DNA from: Acidobacteriota bacterium
GTDB lineage: Bacteria > Acidobacteriota > UBA890 > WLXD01
Assembly: GCA_965248695.1 (NCBI GenBank)
Contig: CBDFKD010000002.1
Coordinates: 5,280,001-5,344,000 of the forward strand
Direction of reading: 5' to 3'
Length of the DNA: 64,000 nucleotides
In this document: one piece after another, positions 1 through 8,824 of the stretch
Layout: each line of letters begins with the position of its first letter
How positions within the stretch are numbered: position 1 is the stretch's first letter
Program-made: the position numbers and the translations under genes
Notes under the pieces: generated by a model
Told to the model about the DNA's origin: nothing
The model's database searches: none
Seen by the model: the letters and a program-made list of their open reading frames with translations, nothing else

Positions 1-353
1 TCTGCTATATCGATGACTGCGTCGAGGGTGTCTACCGCCTCATGCGCTCCTCCCACCGTCAGCCGCTCAACCTGGGCCAGGACCGTATGGTCACGATCAA
101 CGGGCTAACGGATATCGTCGCCGGCATCGCCGGGATCCACGTCGAGAAGCAGCACGTTTCCGGGCCCCAGGGCGTGCGCGGTCGCAATTCTGACAACACC
201 CGGCTGCGTGCCGTGCTCGGCTGGGAGCCCTCCATCTCCCTCGAGGACGGGCTGGCTATTACCTACCGATGGATCCGCCGACAGGTGCGCCGCCAGCTGG
301 CCAGCCACGGCGCCAGCACGCCAGCGGAGACAGCGCGTGCCCTCCCCGGATAG
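1..353 (+). CDS. NAD-dependent nucleotide-sugar epimerase/dehydratase, C-terminal part (GDP-mannose 3,5-epimerase-like); 5'-truncated by window edge
   Basis: Frame open from base 3: CYIDDCVEGVYRLM...PLNLG...GPQGVRGRNSDN...LGWEP..SLEDGL..TY.W, the typical extended-SDR epimerase C-terminus. Confidence 0.85.
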   Translation, partial: CYIDDCVEGVYRLMRSSHRQPLNLGQDRMVTINGLTDIVAGIAGIHVEKQHVSGPQGVRGRNSDNTRLRAVLGWEPSISLEDGLAITYRWIRRQVRRQLASHGASTPAETARALPG

Positions 354-1158
354 GGCCGCCGTCGGCTCTCCGACCCGGCTTCTTGATCGGGCAGCGGCGA
401 TTCCACGCACCGACGTCCTCGGTCTCGGCGTGAGCGCAGTGGACATGTCTAGGACGGTGCAGGTCATCGACTCATGGATCGCGCGGCGAGAGTCGCGTTA
501 CGTCTGCGTTACCGGCGTCCACGGTGTGATGGAGAGTCAATCCCAGAGCTCCCTGCGGGGCATCCACAACAACGCCGGGCTAGTGGTCCCCGATGGCATG
601 CCGCTCGTATGGCTCAGTCGCGCCCATGGCTACGCTCACGTGAAGCGCGTCTACGGTCCGGATCTGATGCTGGCGATGTGTAGGGTTTCGCCGCTCCGTG
701 GATACCGGCATTTTCTGTACGGTGGCGCAGAGGGCGTTGCCGAGCGACTGAGTCAACGGTTGCAATCGCGCTTCCCCGGGCTGTCCGTCGTCGGTCACTA
801 CTCGCCGCCCTTCCGTTCGTTGAGCCCATCAGAGGATCGGGACGTCGTGCGGATGATCAACGGTGCGAGACCGGACGTCGTTTGGATCGGCCTCGGTACT
901 CCCAAGCAGGAACGTTGGATGGCCGAGCATGTCGAGCGTCTCTCGGCGGTGCTCATCGGTGTCGGCGCCGCCTTCGATTTCCACGCGGGCGACAAGGCGC
1001 AGGCTCCCCGCTGGATGCAGCGCAGCGGCCTGGAGTGGCTCTTCCGCCTGGCTACCGAGCCTCGCCGGCTGGCTGCGCGCTATCTATGGAACAATCCGGC
1101 CTTCCTGTGGAGGGTCGCCCTACAACTATCGGGAGCCCGGCGCCATGGAATCTCCTGA
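337..1158 (+). CDS. WecB/TagA/CpsF family glycosyltransferase
   Basis: Motifs VPDGMP, RVYGPDL, GLGTPKQE, GVGAAFDF, QAPRWMQRSGLEWLFRL..EPRRL..RY; GTG at 337 has GGAG upstream (start inferred). Confidence 0.92.
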   Translation: MPSPDRAAVGSPTRLLDRAAAIPRTDVLGLGVSAVDMSRTVQVIDSWIARRESRYVCVTGVHGVMESQSQSSLRGIHNNAGLVVPDGMPLVWLSRAHGYAHVKRVYGPDLMLAMCRVSPLRGYRHFLYGGAEGVAERLSQRLQSRFPGLSVVGHYSPPFRSLSPSEDRDVVRMINGARPDVVWIGLGTPKQERWMAEHVERLSAVLIGVGAAFDFHAGDKAQAPRWMQRSGLEWLFRLATEPRRLAARYLWNNPAFLWRVALQLSGARRHGIS

Positions 1159-1937
1159 GCGTTGGTTGCGAGAGGCGCAGGTAGGTCTCCGACTCGTAGC
1201 TCAACAACACTCCGTGGGTGTTCCGGACGATGGCTCCGTTCAGGTCGGATCCCGATCGGCGAGCGGTAACGCGCGTCTCGGAGATCGTCATCGAGGGCGC
1301 CCCGCGGAGCGCCAACACCTTCGCCGTAGAAGCATTCCGCTACTCACAGCGGCGGCCGGTGAAGATGGCACATCACTTCCACGCCGCCGGCCAGCTGTTG
1401 TTGGCGGAACGCTGGGGCATCCCGGCGATCGTCCTCATCCGACGTCCCGAGGACACCGTGGCGTCGCAGCTCGTCTACGCGCCGACCGCGAGGCCGGAGG
1501 ACTGCCTTCGCGAGTACACCTCCTTCTACTCTCGCCTCTTTTCGCGGCGCCACGCCTTCGTCATCGCACGATTCGAAGAGGTAACCAGCGATTTCGGAGG
1601 TGTCATCGAGCGCGTCAACGCGAAGTTCGGCACAGGCTTTGTGTGCCTCCAAACGTCGCCAGCGAACCGCCGGGCGGTGTTCGCGCTCGTCCAGGAAGCA
1701 GGGGGGCGCGAAGGGCACGGTACTCGGCGCCTGGCACTTCCGCTGTCCGCACGTCAGCCGTTGCTGGACGCCGCCCGCTACACCCTGCGAGAGCCCCGCT
1801 TGCGTAGCGAGTTCCGTCGCGCCAACGACATATGGGAGGCCTTCGCAGCAACTCCCGGAGAACGGACTCAGGCCCCGAACGCCTGCGGCATTCCCGGCAC
1901 TTCACGCCCAAGCGTCCGACGGAGCGGCCTGATATGA
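1145..1937 (+). CDS. Sulfotransferase-like P-loop protein; probable +1 frameshift near 1217 (intact ORF 1218-1937)
   Basis: IVIEGAPRSANTF resembles the PAPS-binding PSB loop; LIRRPEDTVAS and RFEEV resemble later sulfotransferase motifs; ATG 1145 overlaps the upstream gene end but is out of frame by one base. Confidence 0.6.
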
Positions 1938-3103
1938 CCTCGACGACCTTCCCATGGCCGGACGGACGCGACCACGAGATCCGCGGTCAGGCTGGCGCCG
2001 CTGGCGAAGCGTGGCTCCTGATCCTGTTCTTCTTCGCGGTGTACCAATTGGCGCGCCAGGCCGACCCCGGGACCCCGCTGCGCTGGGGCGTGTATGCGAT
2101 CCCGGCGCTCTCGCTGCTGCTGGCGCTGGCTCCTCCGAAGAAACAGTTCGATGTCGACCGGCGTTTCCTGCTGGCCAGCGTCGGGTATGTGCTTGTTGCG
2201 GCCGCCTCGATCGCCTTCAACCCCGGGACTCGCGCGCTCGCAACACGGGACGTCCTGATCGTCCTGGGCTATCTGATCACCTTCGTGCCTGGATTCCGTG
2301 TGGAGGGGGTTCACCTTCGCGTCCTGACGGTGTGTTTCGGAGTAGCGCTGGTGCCGACGGTGCTGGCATCCGGGTTCGGCGGAGAACAGCGGCTCAACCT
2401 CATTGATTCGGAGGGGCTCTTCGAGTCGGTCGTCGCGTTCCCGTTGGCGGCGCTGGCGCTCTTTCACATGCACCGGCGTAATTGGCTCTGGTTTGCGGTC
2501 ACCGTCGCCCTGGGCCTGATGGCCTTCAAGCGGATCGCCGTGGGGGGGCTGGGCATTGCCATCTCCTTCTACCTTGCCGCCGAGGTCGCTCAGCGTTGGC
2601 TGCCGCGGCGACCGGCCATCCTGGGAGCGCGCCTGGCCGCCCTGACAATTGTCGTGATGCTGGCTATCGTGGGGTTGAGCTTCGATGCTGCCACCGAGGC
2701 CATCGTCGACCGCTTCCGGCTGTCACGCGGGCCCAACGCCGCCACCCTCGGTAGATACGAGACCTCCCGGCGGATCCAGGCGATCACTGCGGGTCAGGCG
2801 CTCCCGCAACACCTTGTCGGTAACGGGCCTGGCAGTAGCAAGGTGCTGCCGAACCCTTACGGCGAGAACGTCAACCCGCACAACGATTTCCTCAAGCTGT
2901 ACTTCGAGTACGGCGTTGTCGGCCTGGCCGGCTTCCTGGCGATCCTGTTCGTGATCTACGGAGCTTCGACCGCGACCATCTCCCTGCTGGTTCTCAACGC
3001 CTGCTTGATGGTCACCGACAATACCCTGATCTACTTCTTCCACCAGTTCGTGTGCCTGGCGATCGTGCGCTGCCTCACCTGCAACGGCGAGGCGAGCCCG
3101 TGA
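1934..3103 (+). CDS. O-antigen ligase/polymerase (Wzy/WaaL-like) membrane protein
   Basis: About 10 hydrophobic segments; Wzy_C-like GR...G.G.G...PHNDFLKLYFEYGVVG; ATGA overlap with the previous stop. Confidence 0.85.
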   Translation: MTSTTFPWPDGRDHEIRGQAGAAGEAWLLILFFFAVYQLARQADPGTPLRWGVYAIPALSLLLALAPPKKQFDVDRRFLLASVGYVLVAAASIAFNPGTRALATRDVLIVLGYLITFVPGFRVEGVHLRVLTVCFGVALVPTVLASGFGGEQRLNLIDSEGLFESVVAFPLAALALFHMHRRNWLWFAVTVALGLMAFKRIAVGGLGIAISFYLAAEVAQRWLPRRPAILGARLAALTIVVMLAIVGLSFDAATEAIVDRFRLSRGPNAATLGRYETSRRIQAITAGQALPQHLVGNGPGSSKVLPNPYGENVNPHNDFLKLYFEYGVVGLAGFLAILFVIYGASTATISLLVLNACLMVTDNTLIYFFHQFVCLAIVRCLTCNGEASP

Positions 3104-4230
3104 GCGAGTCGCTCGCCCGCTCCGCGTCCCACGGCGACGCGTCCAAGTTGGCCCGACAGGGTGGGATCCTGTTACTAGGCCGTATCGGCGGTCGGGCCTC
3201 GCTGATCCTGCATCACCTGCTGCTGGCTCGTGTATTGGGGCCGACGTCATTCGGTCTGTACGCCATCGGCTGGACCGTACTGGGGCTGGCAGCAACGATC
3301 GCGCCGCTCGGCATCGAGCAAGGCGTAATTCGTTTCGGCACCTGTCACTGGCAACGGCGCTCATCGCACCTGCGCGGCATCCTACGCCGGTCCGCGGGCC
3401 TGGCATCGGTTTCCGCCTTGCTCGTCGCCGCCCTTCTCTTCATTGGCTCCGAGGGAATCGCAGCCCTCTTCGAGATGCCCGAACTTGCCGCCGTGGTCCG
3501 CTGGTTCGCGTTTGCATCGGTGGGATGGACCCTGCTGAAGATCACGGCGGCGATGACGCGGCTGAGCCAGAACATGCGCTACACGGTGCTCGACGAGGAA
3601 CTGGCTCAGCCTGCCAGTGCCCTCCTCCTGTTCCTGTGCTTCTACTTTGTCGCCGGCTGGGCCCTCCTCGGTGCCGTGGCGGCCACGACGCTCTCCTTCT
3701 TCTTCGCGCTGCTACTCGCCGCCCACCACGTGCGCTCTATTTGCCCGGCAGGAGCGCCCACCTCCGACTCGGTGCCGAAGCTCGCTGCGGGAGAGCTATT
3801 GGGGTTCTCCGTACCCGCGGCATTGGCAGGGCTGTTCGCCTTCCACGCGCTGCGCATCGACCGGTTGCTGATTGGCTACTTCCTCACCGCCGACGCCGCC
3901 GGGATTTATCACGCCGCTTCCCAGACGGCCGCCATCGGGCTGCTCTTCCAGGGGTGTTTCAACACCATCATGGCGCCCATGATCAGCAGCTTTGCCGGTA
4001 ACGGCGAGCGGTATCGACTCGCCGCTGCGTATCGGCTGAGCACCAGATGGAACCCTACCGTGCCGAGGTTTGCCTGGCGCGGACCCTGGCTGGTCAGCGC
4101 TGCGCCGTGCAGCGGTTCGACTATCGCGGCTTCGGTCACAGCGACGGCAGACCCGAGGAGGTCACCTACGAACAAATGTGCGCCGACGCCGACGCTGCTG
4201 CCCTCCTGCTGCAGCAGGCCGGCGACCTGA
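3100..4230 (+). pseudogene. Wzx/MOP-family polysaccharide flippase, C-terminally truncated (flippase-like only up to ~4050)
   Basis: LARVLGPTSFGLY, G...GVIRF, IDRLLIGYFL...AGIY, ..Y..STRW; the hydrophobic pattern then stops abruptly and the last TM helices are absent. Confidence 0.75.
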
Positions 4231-4859
4231 ATCGACTCATCATCGTTGGCATCCGCTGGGGTGCCCTGGTGGCTGCAGCGCTGGCCCGGCGGCTACCTCG
4301 CGCCCAGCTGGTCTTGTGGGATCCCGTTCACGCTGCGGAGGACTTCTTCCGCGAGGGCTTTCGAGCCTGCGCGGTGCGGAGCTTGGCAAGCGGAGGCCGC
4401 TCCGCAGACGGCGTACGCAGTCCCTCCGGAGCGCTGCGGAGCCTACGGCAGAGCGGCGTCGTCGATGTGCTGGGCTTTCCCGTGTACCGAAGCCTCTACG
4501 AAAGCGCTGTCGGCCATCGTCTAACGCATGAGCTTGGAACGTCTCCGCGCCACTTGTTGCTTCTGGATCAGCGCTCCGAACGGCAAAGCGCACTCGGCCA
4601 GGCTCCGCTCCCCGCAGCCGAGCTCGCCGACCACTGCCGCGCCCTCGGAGGCGACGTCACGGCTCGTAGCATCGCTGCCACGGAGCCGAGCTGGTGGTTT
4701 CTGACCGACGTCGCGCGCCCCTTCCCGACAGCCCCGTTCGTCGAGCTGACTTGCGAGTGGATTGCGCAGCAACTCGGATCCCGGGGCGCCCGCGTCGCAC
4801 CGCCGCGGCCAAGCGGCGTGCCGTTGGAGACGATCAACGGCACGGAGACGCCACGATGA
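4047..4859 (+). CDS. Alpha/beta hydrolase, similar to 'hydrolase 2, exosortase A system-associated'; probably N-terminally truncated
   Basis: LAR.LA....AVQRFDYRGFGHSDG, nucleophile elbow G-I-R-W-G (Arg in place of Ser), LVLWDPV. Confidence 0.7.
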   Translation: MEPYRAEVCLARTLAGQRCAVQRFDYRGFGHSDGRPEEVTYEQMCADADAAALLLQQAGDLNRLIIVGIRWGALVAAALARRLPRAQLVLWDPVHAAEDFFREGFRACAVRSLASGGRSADGVRSPSGALRSLRQSGVVDVLGFPVYRSLYESAVGHRLTHELGTSPRHLLLLDQRSERQSALGQAPLPAAELADHCRALGGDVTARSIAATEPSWWFLTDVARPFPTAPFVELTCEWIAQQLGSRGARVAPPRPSGVPLETINGTETPR

Positions 4860-5785
4860 GCCTTCCGGCAGCCGCCCATCGGGAGCCACGCAATGCGGCC
4901 GCGCGGCACGAGATGCCGGTGTATCTACCGGCGCCAAGCGGCGATCTGTTCGCCGTTCTAACCGAACCGGCCACGGCCCCCAACGACATCACCGTTGTGC
5001 TCCTGGGCGGAGGGTTCGGAATGACATGCAATCACCGCAACGACATGTACGTCCGCTTGGCTCGCCGGCTGGCGGGACTCGGCTATCAGGTACTGCGAAT
5101 GGACTACTGCGGTGTCGGCGAAAGCGCCGGAACGGTCGAGGAGGCCTTCGCAATGGATCGGCCGGCGGTGCGGGACGTGGATGTGGCGACATCCTGGCTT
5201 CGTGACCGCGGTGCAACGAAGCTCGTTCTGATCGGTACCTGCTTCGGCGGACGGACCGCCCTGGCGATGGTGGATCGCGTGGAGTCTCTGATAGGGGCGG
5301 CGCTGATTGACGCCCCGGTGATCGACTACCGCGGTTCCGGGGGGTCGTTTCTGTGCCATTTCCGCCGGGCGCTCGATCCGGCCACAATCCGACGGCTCGG
5401 GCGTCCGGCTTGGCGTCGCAAGTACTTGCGCATCGCACGAGACCTGGTGCTCGGTGGACTCGTGGGCGGCCGGTCAGAAGATCCCACGGACGCCAGTCCA
5501 CACTACCTGGACTTCATGGAGACGGCGGTGCAGCGTCAGCTACCGCTGCTCGTGCTCTTCGGCAGGCCAGGAGACAACCACGACGGATTCCAGCGCGCCC
5601 TTGAAGGTTCGCTGGGTGAGCTCTTCGAGCGTGCCGATTGCTCAGTCACCGTTCAGCTGAAGGACTGCGAAGTCCACGGGTTCCTCTCGCTAAGATCTCA
5701 GCAGACCACCATGGTGGCTGTCGAGGAGTGGCTCGAGCGGCTGCGAGCTACCGACGACCGGCGATCGACGGGAGAGGAGGACTGA
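4856..5785 (+). CDS. Alpha/beta hydrolase/acyltransferase, similar to 'hydrolase 1, exosortase A system-associated'
   Basis: YVRLARRLAGLGYQVLRMDYCGVGES, elbow G-T-C-F-G-G (Cys nucleophile), late His (EVHG); ATGA-coupled to the upstream hydrolase. Confidence 0.75.
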   Translation: MSLPAAAHREPRNAAARHEMPVYLPAPSGDLFAVLTEPATAPNDITVVLLGGGFGMTCNHRNDMYVRLARRLAGLGYQVLRMDYCGVGESAGTVEEAFAMDRPAVRDVDVATSWLRDRGATKLVLIGTCFGGRTALAMVDRVESLIGAALIDAPVIDYRGSGGSFLCHFRRALDPATIRRLGRPAWRRKYLRIARDLVLGGLVGGRSEDPTDASPHYLDFMETAVQRQLPLLVLFGRPGDNHDGFQRALEGSLGELFERADCSVTVQLKDCEVHGFLSLRSQQTTMVAVEEWLERLRATDDRRSTGEED

Positions 5786-6042
5786 TGATGAACAAAGACG
5801 CGATCCGCGGCTTCATCCTCTCCATGATGGAGTCACCGGGGGATCCCGCCGAGCTCACCGACGACTACGAGCTTCTGGAGACCGGAGTCCTCGACTCATT
5901 GAAGGTCGTCGAGGTGCTGGGCTTCCTGGAGTCGGAGCTCATGATCGAGATAGGCGACGAAGATCTGATCGCTGACAACTTCCGCACAATCGGGGCCTTG
6001 GCCGCGCTGGTGGCCTCGAAACGGGCGCGCGCACGATCGTAA
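5785..6042 (+). CDS. Stand-alone acyl carrier protein (DltC-like)
   Basis: About 85 aa, acidic, GVLDSL phosphopantetheine Ser motif, C-terminal DNFRTI; strong GAGGAGG RBS. Confidence 0.88.
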   Translation: MMNKDAIRGFILSMMESPGDPAELTDDYELLETGVLDSLKVVEVLGFLESELMIEIGDEDLIADNFRTIGALAALVASKRARARS

Positions 6043-7694
6043 ACGTGCATCAGCGTACGGTAGCTACGAGCCGCGGTGTAACGGGTCTCGAAGCGGAGCC
6101 GGGCAGAGCGACGCATGGCGTCGAGTCGGCTCGGGTGCGCGATACACCAACGCACCTTGTCGGCGAGGTCGACGGCGTCGCCGGGGCGGAAATGTAGGCC
6201 TTCGACGCCGTCGTCGACGATATCCAGCAGTGCTCCATGGCCGCTCACAAGGGCCGGCAATCCCGATCCACCCGCCTCAGCCAGAGTCACCGGGAAACTC
6301 TCGGCTCCGAGCGAGGGCATCACCAGGAAGGCCGCTTCCTGCATGAGCTTCAGCACCTCCGCGCGGCTCTGCTCGCCCAGCGGCTCGATCCAGGGCATGC
6401 GACATGCAGCCTCCCGCACGAGCGGCTGCATGGGTCCCGCGCCAGCGATCTTGAGGGGAATCTCGGCTCCAAGAACGCCGTGGAGATAATCCCACGCATC
6501 GAGCAACGTGCTGATGCCCTTCTCCGGCGCGAGGCGGCCAACGTAGAGAGCGAACCCTCCATCTCCCGTGCCAGCCGTGGGCTGCGGGAATATGAAGTTG
6601 GGCTTCACCTGGATGCGGTCGGCGGGCAACCCCGCCTGGATCAGCTTGCGGCGATTCGTCTCGGTCAGAGCAACGTAGGCGTCGACCGCATCGGTCCAAG
6701 TACCGATCCCGCGATGGAACGCCGTCATGGCGCCAACCACAGCCGAGGCCGCGCGGCTGTGTCGATAGCAGCCATAGCGCACCGCCGGCCACGGAATCGC
6801 CCGCCCCAGGCAATCCTCGCAGAGCCGCCCGGCGCGAAAAAGAGCCCCCCCTGGACAAGCGATGCGAAAGTTGTGCAGCGTCTGGACCACCGCCGCCCCG
6901 GCGGCACGGGCGGCATAATAGCCGGAGGGTGAGATCAGCGGCAGCGTGTTGTGGAAGTGGGCAACGTCAACCCTTTCGGCACGCACCAGCCGGAGCAGCT
7001 CGCTGTAGGTCCGCCGGCTCCATATTGTCGTGCCGGCGATCGCCACACGGCCCCGGATTCCGAGCGCGGTGATCTCGTCGTTGTCCCGCGTGTAGCGGAT
7101 TACCCGGTGGCCCCGGGTCTCGAGCAGCTCGGCTTCAGCGGCAAAGACGCGATCCTCGCCGCCAAGCTCGGTGGCGTCTGAGTAGACGGTGATCGGCGGA
7201 GCGTCCAGGACAACGTAATCGAATTCACAGCGCAGCTGTTCGACCTGCTCGGCCAACAGCTGACGGTCCAGGAGCCGGTTTGGCGTGTCGGTCGCGGCTC
7301 CTGCAGTCATGAGGTGAAAGTCGGCAGCCGGCCGTACTGCTTCCAGTGGCTCGAGAGATCCCGCCAGCAGCTCGGCGAGACCCTGCTCTCGCGGAACGCC
7401 TGCGGCGTCATGCTGTTGGGGCAAGCGGAGGTTGGCATCGACCAGCAGCGCACCGCGAGAAGCACCGGCGTCAAGCTGGGCAGTAAGCTGGCGGGCCACG
7501 GTGCTGGTCCCTTCGCCGTGCAACGCGGCCGCGACCAGGATCACGCGGTGCTCTTGCGGCCATCTGGCAGGTGGCTTCGCACAACGGCTCTCGACTGCTG
7601 GCGGTGCGACCTCCGAAGGATCCGCTTCCGAGTAGAAGGCTGCAAGTGCTCCGTCGGTGACCGGGTATTGATTGCCGGCTCTGAGACCGTTCAT
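5865..7694 (-). CDS. In-frame chimera: N-terminal CpsD/CapB tyrosine-kinase fragment fused to a GT4 (group 1) glycosyltransferase
   Basis: Kinase motifs GEGTSTVA (Walker A lacking Lys), LLVDANLR, VVLDAPP up to SDATEL, then directly GGEDRVF, HFHN..PL.SPS, TLHNFR, YVGRLAPEKG, ESFP of GT4. Confidence 0.8.
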   Translation of the reverse strand: MNGLRAGNQYPVTDGALAAFYSEADPSEVAPPAVESRCAKPPARWPQEHRVILVAAALHGEGTSTVARQLTAQLDAGASRGALLVDANLRLPQQHDAAGVPREQGLAELLAGSLEPLEAVRPAADFHLMTAGAATDTPNRLLDRQLLAEQVEQLRCEFDYVVLDAPPITVYSDATELGGEDRVFAAEAELLETRGHRVIRYTRDNDEITALGIRGRVAIAGTTIWSRRTYSELLRLVRAERVDVAHFHNTLPLISPSGYYAARAAGAAVVQTLHNFRIACPGGALFRAGRLCEDCLGRAIPWPAVRYGCYRHSRAASAVVGAMTAFHRGIGTWTDAVDAYVALTETNRRKLIQAGLPADRIQVKPNFIFPQPTAGTGDGGFALYVGRLAPEKGISTLLDAWDYLHGVLGAEIPLKIAGAGPMQPLVREAACRMPWIEPLGEQSRAEVLKLMQEAAFLVMPSLGAESFPVTLAEAGGSGLPALVSGHGALLDIVDDGVEGLHFRPGDAVDLADKVRWCIAHPSRLDAMRRSARLRFETRYTAARSYRTLMHVYDRARARFEATSAAKAPIVRKLSAIRSSSPISIMSSDSRKPSTSTTFNESRTPVSRSS

Positions 7695-8824
7695 CCGTGC
7701 TTGCTCCCGCGTCGATCTGCGATAAACGCCAGGGTGCGGACTCCGAGGCGACGTTCAACTTCCTGTGGCGTTGACAGAGAATGGTCGAAGTGCTCGCGTC
7801 CGAACACCAGGCCGATGCCGCCGAAGGCACCGACGAAGAGGGCTACGATCATGTTTCGCCCCTTGTTGGGCGTCACCGGCTCGGCTGGGACGCGTGGCTC
7901 CCACGCCACGATCACGTTGACCATCTTCTCCTGGTCCATCGCCCTGGAGATGCTCGCCTCCTCGTGCTTACGGCTGTAGCGAAGGTACGCTTCCCGGGCC
8001 AACGTCAGCTCCCGGTACAACGTGCCTACCCGGAAGCTCTCGCGAGTGAGCAGCTCGAGCTCTTCGCGGATCCCCGCCAGCTGCGGGGCCAGAGCGGCGC
8101 GCCGACTGCGCGCGGCTGCCAGGTCGGCCTGGGCGCGACTGAGCTCCAGTCGCAGCGCCGAATGGACCGTGTTGGGCTCGGTTCCGCTGATGCCGCCCGC
8201 GAACTCGCCCAACCGTTCGCTGGCGAGGCCGAGCTGACGATCGACGTCCTGGACTTTGCGGTTTTCGGCCGAGTAATCCTGGATCAGCCGGTCCCGCTCC
8301 ACCAGCAGCGCAGCATGATGGCGCTGAATCTCTTCTGCCTCCGGAGCCAGGTTGCTCCGGTTGGCGCTCGCCAGACGCTCAGGCTCCGCCGCCAGCGAAG
8401 CCTCGAGCGCGGCTACCCGCCGCTGCAACTCGCCGACGCTAACCTCCGCTTGCTTGAGCTGCACGTCGAAGTCGCTAGCTTTGCGCAGCGTCATGTCCTT
8501 GTGGGCGGCCAACGGGTGGTCGTCGCCCTGCTGCTCGAGGACCGAGAGCTCCACCTGTGCCAGATACTCCTCCAGGTCCGCTTCGGCATTCTGCATACGC
8601 AGTTCGCTGGCCTGCGCCCGTTCCTGGAAGAAGTCAACTGTTCCAGTCAGCTGATAGACTTCGGTTCGCCGTTCCAGATACTCGTCCACCACGGTGCCCA
8701 GGAGCCGGCGCGCCCATTCGGGATTGGTGGATCGATAGCGCACCCGAATCACGTTCGAGCGCAGCACCGAGTTAATTCGGAGCTCTTCCTCCAGCTCGAT
8801 GAGCAACTCATCGGGCTCGAAAGG
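7691..8824 (-). pseudogene. Wzz/GumC-type polysaccharide co-polymerase, N-terminally truncated
   Basis: SNVIRVRYRSTNPE.A, long coiled coil, P..P..P plus C-terminal TM helix, FDHSL..P.EVE..LG; no first TM helix; frame closes with a stop at 8831-8833. Confidence 0.78.
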
